A stretch of 35,302 nucleotides of DNA from an uncultured Anaerolinea sp. (GCA_964568115.1 CAZMQE010000001.1:3610-38911), one strand, 5' to 3'. Positions 16,441 through 27,874 are shown, counted from the first letter of the stretch. Notes: a model not told the origin generated them from the sequence alone. Numbers and translations are program-made.

Positions 16441-19254
16441 TTAATTCTCCTGTGAGTCCTGAAATTGGATAATTACTTCAGACCCTGGCAGAGCACGACC
16501 AAGTTCTTCCACGGCGGTTTGCAAGACGTTACGCATGTTGATGGATGCGCCGATCTTAGCGGTCACTTCACCGATCTTGGCTTCTTTCGAAGCTCGGCGT
16601 TGAGATTCTTGCAGCAGGCGTGCGTTGTCGAGGGCGAGAGCGAGACGGTCTGAAACAGCCTGAGCAAGGTTGATCTCATCCTGATTCCAAATGCGGTTTT
16701 TGGTGGGCGCTTTGATATTGAGCACGCCGATGGTTTGTCCGCGTAATTTGACAGGGATGGAAATGGATGGTGAAGTTTTCAGGGTTTTTCCATCGAAGAC
16801 CACAACCTGCCCCTTTTGGAGCGCTTCACGGATCTCTGGTGATTCGACCAGTTTGACAATGGGTTTACCGCCAATCGTGGACTGACTATACCCGATCATT
16901 GCTTCCTGTTTCGAGAAATTTTTCCATTCGATATTCTGGAATTGGTTGTAGAGCGCCTCAGCTTCATCGCGGGCTTGTTGAGTTTGACCGAAGAGGCGAG
17001 CGTTCTCGATTGCAATGGCAACTTGATCGGCAAGGATGCTCAACGTGCTTGCGTCACTTTCGGTGAAAGCACCCGGCTTTACGCTTTGAACATCAAGTAC
17101 GCCGATCGTTTCTCCGCGGAAGTTGAGGGGGAGCGCCATTTCGGAGCGGGTCTCGGGGAGATCAGGATTCTCGAAGAATGTGGCATCAGATCCAACGTCC
17201 AGGGCGATGCGCGGTTTGCCTGTTTGCGCTACGGTACCGACGATGCCGGTCAACCCAACCTCCAGGCGATGTCCACGCGCCAGCATCCGTTTGCCGCCTT
17301 CACTATTGGAAGCTTGTAGTACAGCGAATTGTTTGGTTGTGTCTACGAAAAATATACCAACGTGATAGAAGTCAAATTGTTCACTCACGAGGCGAGTTAC
17401 AAGCGGGAGAAGGATTTCCAGTTTTTGTTCGGTGGAGATCGTTCGGGAAACTTCACTGATGGCTTGAAGTTCCTGCGCGCGGCGGTCGCTAAGCAAACGG
17501 GCTAATTCCACGTCGGCTGTGCGCTCAGCGATTCGTCTTTCCAACCCGCCTAATGTATCCTGGAGTTGGCTGGTCATGCGGTTGAAAGTGTTGGCTAGCG
17601 TGCCAATCTCATCCTGGGTTTGGATCTGAGCGCGAATGGCAAGGTTGCCGTCTGCCACTTTATTTGTGATTTCCGTGAGTGTCAGGATTGGTGCGGCTAG
17701 TCTTTGCGAAGCGAAGAAACCCAGGAGACCCACCAGAATAGTGACAAGCACAGCCACAAGTGTAATGGCGCGAGTTTGCTGTTGGACGGGTTGAAGAGCT
17801 TCGTCCACGTCTTGATGCACGATAATACTCCACCCCAATTCAGAAACAGCGGCTTGCGCATTGCTGCTAGCCGAAGAGAACACGCGTTGCTGACTAACCA
17901 AACTTGGAGCGCCTTGATAGGTAATCTCTTTATACGAGCCCATTGCATCGCTCAAGCCCGGGAGCTCCTCTTGCGTAAGAGTCGCGCCGTTGAGTAATGT
18001 GTCGTTTTGGACACGTAGATCGATCTCAGTTGCAGTATTCGTTGCACTTTGTTGGAAATTTTCCACCAGTGCTTTCACATTATAGGTACTCCTTAAGATG
18101 CCTGCAACTTTGCCTTTGTAGGAAATGGGCACAGCAAGGTTTATGGAGAAAGTTTGGCTGCTTTCGTCAAATTCCGGCTGACCGATATATACTTTACCTT
18201 TCCCTAAACTGTACGCCACCTTCCACCAATCTTCATCTGCCTGGTAATAGTCGGAGGTGCGGTTGGTTGCGGCAATAGTTGCGCCGTATTTATTCGTTAG
18301 AAATAATTCTACGTGATTAGGAAATTTTGATTGAAAATCGCGCAGCTTACTGGCTGTGTCGTTATTTAACACCCCAAGAACGACGATGTCGTTATCTGGT
18401 GCAGTCCGCCACCTGTTATCGATTACAAGGATCTGGCTATTAATGCCGTTGTTTGTTCCAACAAAACTGGCGTTGGCATTTTCAGCTATTTCTCCAAATT
18501 GCGATCCAACAGATTGCAAACTTTCTATTTGAGACTCTAGCTCTTGACCAGTCTCGAAGGCAAGCCGTTCGGCTATTATTTGTTGGTTTCTCCCCACTTG
18601 TTTTGTGATCTCGGTCCGTGCGAGATTATTTGTAACCGCCGCAATGGCGCCTACCGAGAAAACCGCCACAATGATGAAGAACAAAATGAGTTTTGTTCGT
18701 AGAGGATAATTTGAGAATTCCTGAAAAAGGTAATATGTAAATATACCAATGCCTAGCGCGGCAACAATGGGAATGTAGATCGTCAATAATCTAATTTCCA
18801 GTCGCGAGGTTGGGAAGAAGGTGTCAAGAAGAATGATTGCAATGCCAAAAACGATGGCAAAAATGGTTGCCCTGCTTAAGTGGGGTTGAATTAATGTCAG
18901 GGTGGCGATCATATAAATCCCAATGACGCCGCCAATGCCAAGAACTGTCCCTACACCTGAAAGGAATGAAGTGGCAACCGGGAACAATAGGACGATGCTT
19001 GCAATCATTAGGTAAGCGGCGGCTTCAATTCTTTTTTTCAGACTAAAGCGTATTGCAATAATATTTAATAAAGCAACGAGACCTGTGGTAGCGGTCAGGA
19101 CATATAACTGCCATGCCTTGTTGGACTGCGCCAGATAAAGATAAAGACCAAATGTTCCCACGAAGGCAACAGCTAGAACAATTGCCGTTCTAAGCGCGTA
19201 TTTTGCCCGGAGGGAATTTGGGTTTCTTAATTCACCAGTGGTTAAACTTTTCAT
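16441..19254 (-). CDS. Array receptor 2: multi-TM region, extracytoplasmic Cache-like domain, HAMP, GAF, mini-GAF, GAF stub
   Basis: About 7 N-terminal hydrophobic segments, Cache-like DYYQADEDWWKVAY...YIGQPEFDESS...LAVPI, TM, HAMP (DEIGTLANTFNRM), conserved GAF. Confidence 0.88.
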   Translation of the reverse strand: MKSLTTGELRNPNSLRAKYALRTAIVLAVAFVGTFGLYLYLAQSNKAWQLYVLTATTGLVALLNIIAIRFSLKKRIEAAAYLMIASIVLLFPVATSFLSGVGTVLGIGGVIGIYMIATLTLIQPHLSRATIFAIVFGIAIILLDTFFPTSRLEIRLLTIYIPIVAALGIGIFTYYLFQEFSNYPLRTKLILFFIIVAVFSVGAIAAVTNNLARTEITKQVGRNQQIIAERLAFETGQELESQIESLQSVGSQFGEIAENANASFVGTNNGINSQILVIDNRWRTAPDNDIVVLGVLNNDTASKLRDFQSKFPNHVELFLTNKYGATIAATNRTSDYYQADEDWWKVAYSLGKGKVYIGQPEFDESSQTFSINLAVPISYKGKVAGILRSTYNVKALVENFQQSATNTATEIDLRVQNDTLLNGATLTQEELPGLSDAMGSYKEITYQGAPSLVSQQRVFSSASSNAQAAVSELGWSIIVHQDVDEALQPVQQQTRAITLVAVLVTILVGLLGFFASQRLAAPILTLTEITNKVADGNLAIRAQIQTQDEIGTLANTFNRMTSQLQDTLGGLERRIAERTADVELARLLSDRRAQELQAISEVSRTISTEQKLEILLPLVTRLVSEQFDFYHVGIFFVDTTKQFAVLQASNSEGGKRMLARGHRLEVGLTGIVGTVAQTGKPRIALDVGSDATFFENPDLPETRSEMALPLNFRGETIGVLDVQSVKPGAFTESDASTLSILADQVAIAIENARLFGQTQQARDEAEALYNQFQNIEWKNFSKQEAMIGYSQSTIGGKPIVKLVESPEIREALQKGQVVVFDGKTLKTSPSISIPVKLRGQTIGVLNIKAPTKNRIWNQDEINLAQAVSDRLALALDNARLLQESQRRASKEAKIGEVTAKIGASINMRNVLQTAVEELGRALPGSEVIIQFQDSQEN

Positions 19255-19284
19255 TGTAGAAACTCTCTTGGTCTTTCTCGGAAA

Positions 19285-20994
19285 TTAAATATCTTTTTCA
19301 ATCACTTCACTTTGAAGCTGTACAAGTACTTCCGAACCGCCCAGTACGCGACTGAGTTCTTCTGCGGCAGTCCGCAGAATGGAATCGAATTGGGTGGTGG
19401 CACCGATCTTGGTGGAAATATCAGCGGTAATGCGCTCAATCTCAGCCTGACGCTGTGTGGATTTTAGAAGAAGCGACGCTTCAAGCGCCAGCGATAAACG
19501 TTCTGCGACTGCCTCGGCAACATCGATCTCGTCTGCGTCCCAGTCATGTTCATCCGATACGCGAATATCCATCACGCCGATCACGCTATCGCGCAAGCGG
19601 ATGGGGATTGCCAGTGTGGCTTTTTCGCCATTTTCGGTCACAGTTGCTTTCGTTGCCATTGCCTTTTTGATCTGGCTCGATGCAATAGGTTTGCTCAAAG
19701 GTTTGAGTTTGTTTTCAATAACCTGATATCCCAGGCTTTCTTCCTGGCTTTGCAACACCCTCCATGATTCACGCAAGAATTCACCGGAAGTTCGCTGCGC
19801 TTCGGTCAATAATTCCTGCGATCTTTCAAAGGAGCGAGCATTTTGGATGGCGATAGCCACCTGATCTGCCAGTGTCGCAAGCACGTCAATATCTTCCTCT
19901 TGAAATGCGTTGGAAGCAATGCTTTGTACATCCAAAACACCGATGATCTGGTCGGCAGCACGGAGGGGCAGTGCCATTTCGGAGTGGGTGTTGGGGAGGT
20001 CGGGATTGTTGAAGAAAGCCGCATCAGCCTCCACGTCCAGAGCGATGCGGGGTTTACCTGTCGCAGAAACAAAACCCACAATACCGCTTTGCCCGATGGC
20101 GAGTTTATGTCCGCGTGCGAGCATGCGCTTGCCGCCATCGCTGTTCGTAGCGCGTAACTCTGCAAATTCCCGGTCTTCGTCTATGAGAAAGATACCCGCG
20201 TGATAAAAGCCAAATCGGTTGCTGATGAGTTCGGCTAGACTGGGGAGTAACGTTTCAAGTTTTTGATTCGCAGTGATTGCGCGTGCCACCTGTGCGATGG
20301 CTTCAAATTGCCGCGCGCGCTTTTCGTTGCGCTGATTGGCAAGTTCCAGATCGTTCGTGCGCGCAGAAACGCGGACCTCGAGATTTTGATTTAATTCCTG
20401 CAGGCTTTCGTTCGATGCACGCAGGTTTTCTTCGCTTTTGTTAGCGCGTGTGATGGCATCTCGCAAGCTGGTTGTGCTGAAATAAATGAGTGCAGTAACC
20501 ACTACAAATACACCTGTGAGATCACGAGAATATGCCAATGGTTCCTGAAAACGCGGAACAATAATATTATTTGCCTCAAGAAGGGCAAGCGCCCAAATTG
20601 CTCCAATACTTGCAAGGATCACTATAAAACCAATTCGCCAGCTTAGAATAATGCTTGCAAGCAGAGCAATTGCGATGTATGCAAGTATCACTACATCTTT
20701 TACTCCATCTGCGTTGTATGCCTGAATGCCAAGCCCAATCCAGCCAAGTGTAACGATAATTATGCCGCTTGCGTTAATATTGCCTTTGTGTAATAAATAG
20801 ATCGCGACAAACATAACTGCGATCAAGCTGGAATTTACAACTACGGTAAAATCCCAAGTATCCCGAATTAGATATGGAATTGTTGAAATCGTAAGCACTA
20901 CGATCACAAACCATGCGAAAACATTAATAAACTTCGCACGGAAATTATCCTCATTGTTTTCAAACACTGGCGGGCTAAAAATCCTTCTGATCAT
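19285..20994 (-). CDS. Array receptor 3: ~6-TM membrane sensor, coiled coil, GAF, mini-GAF, GAF stub
   Basis: Hydrophobic N-terminal ~175 aa, LEVRVSART coiled coil, FFNNPDLPNTHSEMALPL. Confidence 0.88.
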   Translation of the reverse strand: MIRRIFSPPVFENNEDNFRAKFINVFAWFVIVVLTISTIPYLIRDTWDFTVVVNSSLIAVMFVAIYLLHKGNINASGIIIVTLGWIGLGIQAYNADGVKDVVILAYIAIALLASIILSWRIGFIVILASIGAIWALALLEANNIIVPRFQEPLAYSRDLTGVFVVVTALIYFSTTSLRDAITRANKSEENLRASNESLQELNQNLEVRVSARTNDLELANQRNEKRARQFEAIAQVARAITANQKLETLLPSLAELISNRFGFYHAGIFLIDEDREFAELRATNSDGGKRMLARGHKLAIGQSGIVGFVSATGKPRIALDVEADAAFFNNPDLPNTHSEMALPLRAADQIIGVLDVQSIASNAFQEEDIDVLATLADQVAIAIQNARSFERSQELLTEAQRTSGEFLRESWRVLQSQEESLGYQVIENKLKPLSKPIASSQIKKAMATKATVTENGEKATLAIPIRLRDSVIGVMDIRVSDEHDWDADEIDVAEAVAERLSLALEASLLLKSTQRQAEIERITADISTKIGATTQFDSILRTAAEELSRVLGGSEVLVQLQSEVIEKDI

Positions 20995-22730
20995 TCAGTG
21001 TCTTCCTTCTTGAGTTGGATCGAGATCTCCATGCCTGGCAGAGTTCGTCCGAGTTCCTGGGTCGCGGTCTTAAGTAATTCGTCTACATCGCTCTGAGCGC
21101 TGATCTTGGCTGAGATTTCACCGATCGTGCGCTCTTTGGCAGCCAGTTTCTGGCTATCAGCAAGCAGCCTGGCGTTTTCCATGGCGATCGCAGAACGCTC
21201 GATGATGGCGTTCACGATATCCAGTTCATCCTGATCCCATTGGCGATTCTCAGGCGAGCGGATATCTACTGACCCGATCACTTCACCGCGTAACTTTACC
21301 GGTAGGGACAGAACTGCGCCTCGCCCTTTTGTTTTGAGCTGGACTCTGTCTGAGTCGCCTTCATCTTTACTCTTGCCGCTTTTCTTGTATAGCAGCGTGG
21401 ATTTTGCACCGGTATGCCGAATCCCCTCAAGTTTGCTGGTGCGTTCAAACCTGCTCCAGCCAGTTTGAACGAATTGCTTCGAAAGGGAATTTGATTCAGC
21501 CAATGCCCTGCGTGTCTCTTCATATTGACGGGCATTTTGAATGGCAATACTAACCTGGTCGGCAAGTGTGGATAGGATATTGATATCTTCCTGTTTGAAT
21601 GCATTCGCCTCGAGGCTTTGTACGTCTAACGCGCCAATGATCTCTTCACCAACCTTTAGGGGCAGAGCGATTTCTGAACGGGTTTCAGGCAGGTCGGGAT
21701 TATTGAAGAATACTGCGTCTGTGCCGGTATTCAAGGCAATGCGCGGTCTGCCGGTACTGGTTACGTACCCGACCATGCCCGTCTCGCCAATTTTGAGGCG
21801 GTGGCTGCGTTCGAGCATCCTTTGTCCGCCTTCGCTGTTGGATGCACTGAGAACTGCATATTCCTTGGCAGTATCCAGAAGGAAGATGCCAACATGATAG
21901 AAACCAAACTCGCGGTTGATCACTGTTGTAATTTGTGCAAGCAAGCTATCCAGATCACGAGTGGAGCTGATTGTGCGGGTGATCTGTGAAATGGATTCAA
22001 ATTGTTTCGCGCGACGTTCGCTGAGCACCCGGGCTAGGTCCAGTTCGGTTGTTCGATCTTGGACTAGTTTCTCAAGCCCTTCACTGAAAGCCTGTAGTTC
22101 CTCGTTGCGTTCAGCTACTTCCTTTTCGCTGGCACGGGCGCGTTCCGCATTCTCGTTCAGCAAGTTGATAAGTGCTCTTTGAATAAAAGTGATTGCCAGA
22201 AGGACTATGGAAATTGCGATAGGTGAAACAGGAAGCGTCAGTGAACTGGTTGGCGACACAATAATCCCGCGCATTTCGGCGATACCGATTCCGAAAACCG
22301 CTAGGATAATTAGGAAAGTAAATACCAACGCACCACTTTGTCCTAAAGCAAGACCAGCCAAGCTAATTACCACAGCATACGCCAGCATATTTATATCGTG
22401 TAACCCGTAACCGGGCGGGATTGCGACAATGTAGGTAATTACTACAAACAAAGAAGTAGGAAGAATAACTTGTGCGGGTAGAAGGTATCCTCGGAGTAAT
22501 GTTACCAAACCGATTAACGAAAATGCTAGCAAAGAACCGATCGGCAACAAATATTGCCAACCAAAGCCTCCAGCTGCTGAAGCCGCTAATGCTGCCACAT
22601 CAGCAATAATAGAAATAATAAGCAGAGTGCGCAAAAGACTGGCTTTTGTATTTTCCTGTTTTTTATCAGTAGTATTAGCTGGCTTCAACATGTTTTGTTT
22701 TGGGTTAGGAGCATTTTGATTTAGGTTCAT
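20991..22730 (-). CDS. Array receptor 4: multi-TM membrane sensor, coiled coil, GAF, mini-GAF, GAF stub
   Basis: Hydrophobic N-terminus, FFNNPDLPETRSEIALPL. ATGA overlaps with both neighbours. Confidence 0.88.
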   Translation of the reverse strand: MNLNQNAPNPKQNMLKPANTTDKKQENTKASLLRTLLIISIIADVAALAASAAGGFGWQYLLPIGSLLAFSLIGLVTLLRGYLLPAQVILPTSLFVVITYIVAIPPGYGLHDINMLAYAVVISLAGLALGQSGALVFTFLIILAVFGIGIAEMRGIIVSPTSSLTLPVSPIAISIVLLAITFIQRALINLLNENAERARASEKEVAERNEELQAFSEGLEKLVQDRTTELDLARVLSERRAKQFESISQITRTISSTRDLDSLLAQITTVINREFGFYHVGIFLLDTAKEYAVLSASNSEGGQRMLERSHRLKIGETGMVGYVTSTGRPRIALNTGTDAVFFNNPDLPETRSEIALPLKVGEEIIGALDVQSLEANAFKQEDINILSTLADQVSIAIQNARQYEETRRALAESNSLSKQFVQTGWSRFERTSKLEGIRHTGAKSTLLYKKSGKSKDEGDSDRVQLKTKGRGAVLSLPVKLRGEVIGSVDIRSPENRQWDQDELDIVNAIIERSAIAMENARLLADSQKLAAKERTIGEISAKISAQSDVDELLKTATQELGRTLPGMEISIQLKKEDTE

Positions 22731-24463
22731 TTTTGCTCCTTGCTTTGGAATTGGATCAATACTTCAGAGCCGCCGAGCACACGTTCCAATTCCTGGGCAG
22801 TGGTTTGTAAAATATTTTCCAGACTGAGCGCACCACTGATCTTGGTGGTGGCTTCGGAGATCAAGCGTTCCTTCGAAGCGCGCTTGCGGGCATCCTGAAA
22901 TAGGCGGGCATTTTCCATGGCGAATGCAGCGCGTTCCGCAACCGCCTCTACCAAACTGACATCATCCTTTTGCCATGTTTTTGCCGGATCGTTCGATTCG
23001 ATATGGAGCACGCCGATTACCTCGCCACGTAATTTAACCGGGACCACCACGGTTGGGCGCATCTCTTTCGACCCGTTGGTCTGATTCATGGTGACCTCAC
23101 CGGTTTGCACAGCGGAGACCACTTCAGGCGAATTCAGTGATTTCTCGATCATTTCTATGCGCCCGGTCTGATAGCGGAAGCCAGCCTGTTCAGCTTTGGC
23201 GGCTGCGCGGCTCCATTCGGCGCGAGTGAATTCATCGTACACTTCCTGTACTTGCTCTAACGCTGCGCGTGTTTCTGTTAACAAGCGGGTGTTTTCAAAC
23301 GCGATGGATACTTGATTGGCTAGCGCCGTCAACACCTGGAGATCTTCATTCGAGAATGCACCAGCTTCCGTGCTTTGTACATCCAGCACGCCAAAGGTCT
23401 CGCCGCGTGATTTCAAGGGTAGGGCAACTTCGGAGCGGGTGGTCGGGAGGTCAGGGTTGTTGAAGAAAACAGCATCAGCTCCAACGTCGAGGGCGATGCG
23501 GGGTTGTCCAGTTTGGGCGGTAAAGCCTACTACGCCGGTCCCCAATTTCAAACGATGACCGCGTGCCAGCATCTTTTGTCCGCCAGCGCTGTTGGAGGCT
23601 TGCATGATCGCGTTTTCGCGGTCGTTATCTATAAGAAAGATGCCTACGTGGTAAAAACCAAAACGTGCGCTGATCAAATTCACAGCGGAGTTGAATAATT
23701 CGCCCAGATCCTGCAATTGGGCGATGGCTTCAGAGAGTTCTGTGATGGCTTGCAATTGCGCTGCACGGCTGGATGTTCGGATGTTGGCTGTTGCCAACTC
23801 GGCGGTACGATCATTCACACGTTGTTCAAGGGTGGTTGTAAGGTCTTCAAGTTCAGTGTTAATCGCCTGTACTTCTTTGATACGGGCGCGTTCGACGCTT
23901 GACCGGAATGCGGTAATACCCACCAAGATGAGGCCTATGGATGACGTAACACCAATGGTTCGCCCAAAAGAGAATAAAGGATCTGCAAGGAATTTGGGAT
24001 CGGCATATACCCTGATGCTACCTGTGGCAGCAATAGTTGCAATTACCAATATCAGAAAACCTCGCTGTGAGAGAATCGCACTGGCAAGAATAAGTGCGAT
24101 TGGTACTGTGCTCGCTATGGCTGTGTCGACACTATTTGCGCTGCCATTGTATAAACTTATATACGCTATCGAGGTGAAACCAAACGAAAAGAAGTATGCA
24201 CCGATGCGATAATAGCTTGTACGACTGACAATATAAGCTAGGAGTGTAATTCCGAGGAAAAAAATGAATACCGTAAATGACGATGGGCTGGATAGAACTG
24301 CCCATGTAAAGGAAACAAACAGGATAAGCGACAACGCTGATAGCAATTGCGCCCGCCTACGTTCACCGATTTCTGTAATTGATGGGTGGGCTTCTGTCAG
24401 CAAGCGCCAGATACGCGTAATCCTGTTTACAGGAGTTGCTTGAGTTGATTTATTGAATGCCAT
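22727..24463 (-). CDS. Array receptor 5: multi-TM membrane sensor, coiled coil, GAF, mini-GAF, GAF stub
   Basis: Hydrophobic N-terminus, LEQRVNDRT, FFNNPDLPTTRSEVALPL. Confidence 0.88.
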   Translation of the reverse strand: MAFNKSTQATPVNRITRIWRLLTEAHPSITEIGERRRAQLLSALSLILFVSFTWAVLSSPSSFTVFIFFLGITLLAYIVSRTSYYRIGAYFFSFGFTSIAYISLYNGSANSVDTAIASTVPIALILASAILSQRGFLILVIATIAATGSIRVYADPKFLADPLFSFGRTIGVTSSIGLILVGITAFRSSVERARIKEVQAINTELEDLTTTLEQRVNDRTAELATANIRTSSRAAQLQAITELSEAIAQLQDLGELFNSAVNLISARFGFYHVGIFLIDNDRENAIMQASNSAGGQKMLARGHRLKLGTGVVGFTAQTGQPRIALDVGADAVFFNNPDLPTTRSEVALPLKSRGETFGVLDVQSTEAGAFSNEDLQVLTALANQVSIAFENTRLLTETRAALEQVQEVYDEFTRAEWSRAAAKAEQAGFRYQTGRIEMIEKSLNSPEVVSAVQTGEVTMNQTNGSKEMRPTVVVPVKLRGEVIGVLHIESNDPAKTWQKDDVSLVEAVAERAAFAMENARLFQDARKRASKERLISEATTKISGALSLENILQTTAQELERVLGGSEVLIQFQSKEQK

Positions 24464-24466
24464 AAC

Positions 24467-26179
24467 TTACTCTGCCTTTTTTCTGCGCGCAGATGCGCCA
24501 TCCACTTTCGGTGAATCGGCGGTGGGCGGAGCGGACGGATTGATCAATTGGAAAGAGACGGTTGAACCTTGCAAGTTTTGACCAAGTTCTTCCACGGTGT
24601 CACGCAGGATCGAATCCAATTGGAAGGATGTGCCCAGTTTTGCACCAACATCTGAGAGGAAGGATTCGCGTGCGGCGCGTTTTTGGGCTTCCTCCAACAG
24701 GCGGGCACCTTCCATGGCGATCGCGACACGTTCGGCGGTTGATTCGATAATGGCACGTTCATCTTCTGTCCAATTGCGGGTTGCATCGGATGCTTTTAGT
24801 TTCAAGCGACCGATGGTTTGACCGCGTAATTGCACTGGGATGGAAAGAGAGCCGTTTTCATTTCGGGATACGGACGCTTCTTTCAAAGCCTCAGATTTGA
24901 CTCCGTCATAACGGTAGCCTTTGCTCTGGATCGATTTTGCGTACCCTTTCCACGCCTCACCAGATAATTGTCTTGTTGCAAGATCTGCTTCCAGCAATGC
25001 GCGTTGTGCCTGTTCAGACGAACGGGCATTTTGAATTGCAACTGCCACCTGGTCCGCCAAAATTGATAATACAGACACATCAGCCTGCGTAAATGCATTT
25101 TCTTCAACCGATTGAAGATCAAGAGCGCCAAGGATCGTTTCGCCGATCTTGAGCGGCAGGGCAAGTTCAGAACGGGTATCGGGAAGGTCAGGGTTATTAA
25201 AGAAGACTGAATCCTGACCGACGTTTAAAGCGATGCGGGATTCACCGCGTGATGTAACAAAACCTACAATACCTTGTTCGCCGACCTTCAAGCGATGGCC
25301 GCGCTTAAGCATAACCAAGCCGCCCTCAGTATTACTGGCTTCAAGGATTGCATATTGGTTTTGCTCATCTAGTAGAAATATGCCGACATGATAATAGCCA
25401 AAGCGTTGACTAATTAAATGGGTGAGGGGATTGAGTAAGGTACCTAACTCCTGAATCGAAGTAGCTGTACGCGCCACATCTGCGACAATTTGAAGCTGCC
25501 TTGCACGTTCCTCAACCTGTTGGTTCGCGTTCAGGAGTTCGCCTGTGCGTTCTTTTACACGTTGTTCCAGCTCAGCATTGGCTGAAGTCAATAGTTCTTC
25601 ACCCTGGCGTACTAATGCTAATACTTCTTCCTGCCTTTTGATCGCTAAATTTAATAGAACTGCAGTCAACACAGATGCAGCTGTGAAGATGATGGGTTGT
25701 TGGAGATTAACCGTGAAATCTGGAACTGGCAGGCGACCAGTGATTTCTGCCCAGCTAAGTAAAAAGAAGATGATTGCATTGGCAGCCACTGACCAATAAA
25801 TTGCCTGGCGGTTGATCAGTAAGCCACTCATTACACTTGCTAAAGTGTATAGAACAACAGCAGGTGCCCGAATCGATCCTCCAACCGCCAAGGAAATTGT
25901 CAATATTATTGTAACTAGCAAAATGACTATAGCACTTACTTGTTTAATATAACCCATACGGGCGGGTATTTTTAATATAAAGAGCAGAAATAAAAATATC
26001 GCTACAGTGATAAAAATTGCAGGTCTAGCAGTACCGCCTACTGTTAGGCCTATGAGTGCCATGGCAATAACAATAATAAGCGTGTTATGCACTATATTTA
26101 ATAATTCAGAGGCGCGTGTTTTCTCTTCATCGCCTTCGAATACGGGTGGAGCTGTAAGTCTTTTGAAGAAAGTTAACAT
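24467..26179 (-). CDS. Array receptor 6: multi-TM membrane sensor, coiled coil, GAF, mini-GAF, GAF stub
   Basis: Hydrophobic N-terminus starting with PPVFE..E..RA (shared with receptor 3), LEQRVKERT, FFNNPDLPDTRSELALPL. Confidence 0.88.
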   Translation of the reverse strand: MLTFFKRLTAPPVFEGDEEKTRASELLNIVHNTLIIVIAMALIGLTVGGTARPAIFITVAIFLFLLFILKIPARMGYIKQVSAIVILLVTIILTISLAVGGSIRAPAVVLYTLASVMSGLLINRQAIYWSVAANAIIFFLLSWAEITGRLPVPDFTVNLQQPIIFTAASVLTAVLLNLAIKRQEEVLALVRQGEELLTSANAELEQRVKERTGELLNANQQVEERARQLQIVADVARTATSIQELGTLLNPLTHLISQRFGYYHVGIFLLDEQNQYAILEASNTEGGLVMLKRGHRLKVGEQGIVGFVTSRGESRIALNVGQDSVFFNNPDLPDTRSELALPLKIGETILGALDLQSVEENAFTQADVSVLSILADQVAVAIQNARSSEQAQRALLEADLATRQLSGEAWKGYAKSIQSKGYRYDGVKSEALKEASVSRNENGSLSIPVQLRGQTIGRLKLKASDATRNWTEDERAIIESTAERVAIAMEGARLLEEAQKRAARESFLSDVGAKLGTSFQLDSILRDTVEELGQNLQGSTVSFQLINPSAPPTADSPKVDGASARRKKAE

Positions 26180-26188
26180 TGTTTTCTA

Positions 26189-27874
26189 TTAATCCTCTTC
26201 GTTCGAGAGTTCGAGGGTGACTTCGGCAGTGCTACCGATCTTGCGGCCCAACTCTTCCACAGCAGTCTGCATGATGGCTTCAAGATCACTAACCGCACCA
26301 ATTTTTGTAGAGATCTCACCAATGGCACGCTCACGCATGGCGCGGCGTTGGGCGCTTTCTACCAAACGGGCGTTTTCAAGAGCAAATGCGGCGCGTTCTG
26401 CAGCAGCTTCCAGTAAGGTGATCTCATCTTGAGTCCATTGGCGGTTCCCTTTTTTCGACTTCACATCGAGAATGCCAACAGTTTGTCCGCGAAATTTAAT
26501 GGGGATGGTCAGTTCAGAAGACTCTTTTTCGAGCGAGAGACGCCCGGTTTGTGCCAATGACTTGACCTTCTCTTTTTTATCCTTTTTTTCCAATGCCACA
26601 GTGCGAGCGCCATCAAAAACGTAGCCTGTGTTTTTAGATTGGCGGGCGAATCCGCTCCATTCTTGTTTAATATACTTAGAAAAGGTTTCTTCTGATTTGC
26701 TAAGTGCCGCGCGCGCCTCACTAAATAGGCGGGCATTCTCAATGGCGATAGCGATCTGATCCGCAAGGATGGATGCAACGTTAATGTCTTCCTGGGTGAA
26801 GGCATTTGACTCTGTGCTCTGGACGTCAAGTGCCCCCATCACATTTCCGCCTATTCGGAGGGGGAGAGCCATTTCGGAGCGGGTGTCTGGGAGGTCGGGA
26901 TTGTTGAAGAATACCGCATCAGCCCCTACGTCCAGAGCGATGCGTGATTCGCCTCGCAAAGCTGTGTAGCCTACGATGCTGTTCGTATCCAGTTTTAATT
27001 TGTGCTGGCGTTCGAGCATCCTTTTTCCGCCTTCACTATTGCTTGCCCGCAGATGTGCATACTGCTGATTTTCATCCAGCAGGAAAATACCGGCGTGATA
27101 GTAGCCAAACTTTTCGCTGACCAGTTGGGTAATAGCAGGCAGGAGTTCATCCATATTCTGCACGGAGGCTATGGAGTGGGCGACGTTTGAGATTGCCTGC
27201 AACTGACCAGCGCGTCGCTCAAGCTCTGCGGTACGTTGTACAACTCTTTGCTCCAGTTCGCCCTGTAATTTTTTCAGTTCAACGTTTGCTGTTTCTTGTG
27301 CTTGACCGAAGTCTTCGGCTTCCTGGACGCTCTCTGTCAGGCGCACGATAATGACGCGAAGGACTATGGCAGTGACAAAAAATAGCGTGGCTGCAACAGC
27401 GATATCATCATAGCCGGTTCTACTTGATTGTGAGAATGGACTGATTCCATTAATATCTGTATATCCGATAATACCGGCTGCAATGGATGCTAAAGTGGCA
27501 AATAAGAAGGTGCCTCGAACGCCAAGTAGTAAACCAGCCAGAACGATGATTACTGGATAGCCTGCTACCGAGATGTGATAAAGACCGCCGCGAGTGTAAG
27601 CAACAACCCCGGCTGCGACCGTTAATATCCCGGGGACCAAGACTCTTCCCGGCAAAGTGATGCCGCGCACAGCCAGAATAATACCGACAATGTCAACAAT
27701 GATCGCCACGATCAATATCTGCACCGTTAGCGGATTATCCCTTCCGGCGCCAACAGCCGCGGCAATGACAGCCATACCAATGGCTGTAACGATCAGAATA
27801 TTGACAACCATTTTATCGCTGGTTAGGAAATTTGATCCCTTGGTTGCGACAGGAGTGCTGGGCTTTAAGTTCAC
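26189..27874 (-). CDS. Array receptor 7: multi-TM membrane sensor, coiled coil, GAF, mini-GAF, GAF stub
   Basis: GTG start with GAGGA RBS, LEQRVVQRT, FFNNPDLPDTRSEMALPL. Confidence 0.88.
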   Translation of the reverse strand: MNLKPSTPVATKGSNFLTSDKMVVNILIVTAIGMAVIAAAVGAGRDNPLTVQILIVAIIVDIVGIILAVRGITLPGRVLVPGILTVAAGVVAYTRGGLYHISVAGYPVIIVLAGLLLGVRGTFLFATLASIAAGIIGYTDINGISPFSQSSRTGYDDIAVAATLFFVTAIVLRVIIVRLTESVQEAEDFGQAQETANVELKKLQGELEQRVVQRTAELERRAGQLQAISNVAHSIASVQNMDELLPAITQLVSEKFGYYHAGIFLLDENQQYAHLRASNSEGGKRMLERQHKLKLDTNSIVGYTALRGESRIALDVGADAVFFNNPDLPDTRSEMALPLRIGGNVMGALDVQSTESNAFTQEDINVASILADQIAIAIENARLFSEARAALSKSEETFSKYIKQEWSGFARQSKNTGYVFDGARTVALEKKDKKEKVKSLAQTGRLSLEKESSELTIPIKFRGQTVGILDVKSKKGNRQWTQDEITLLEAAAERAAFALENARLVESAQRRAMRERAIGEISTKIGAVSDLEAIMQTAVEELGRKIGSTAEVTLELSNEED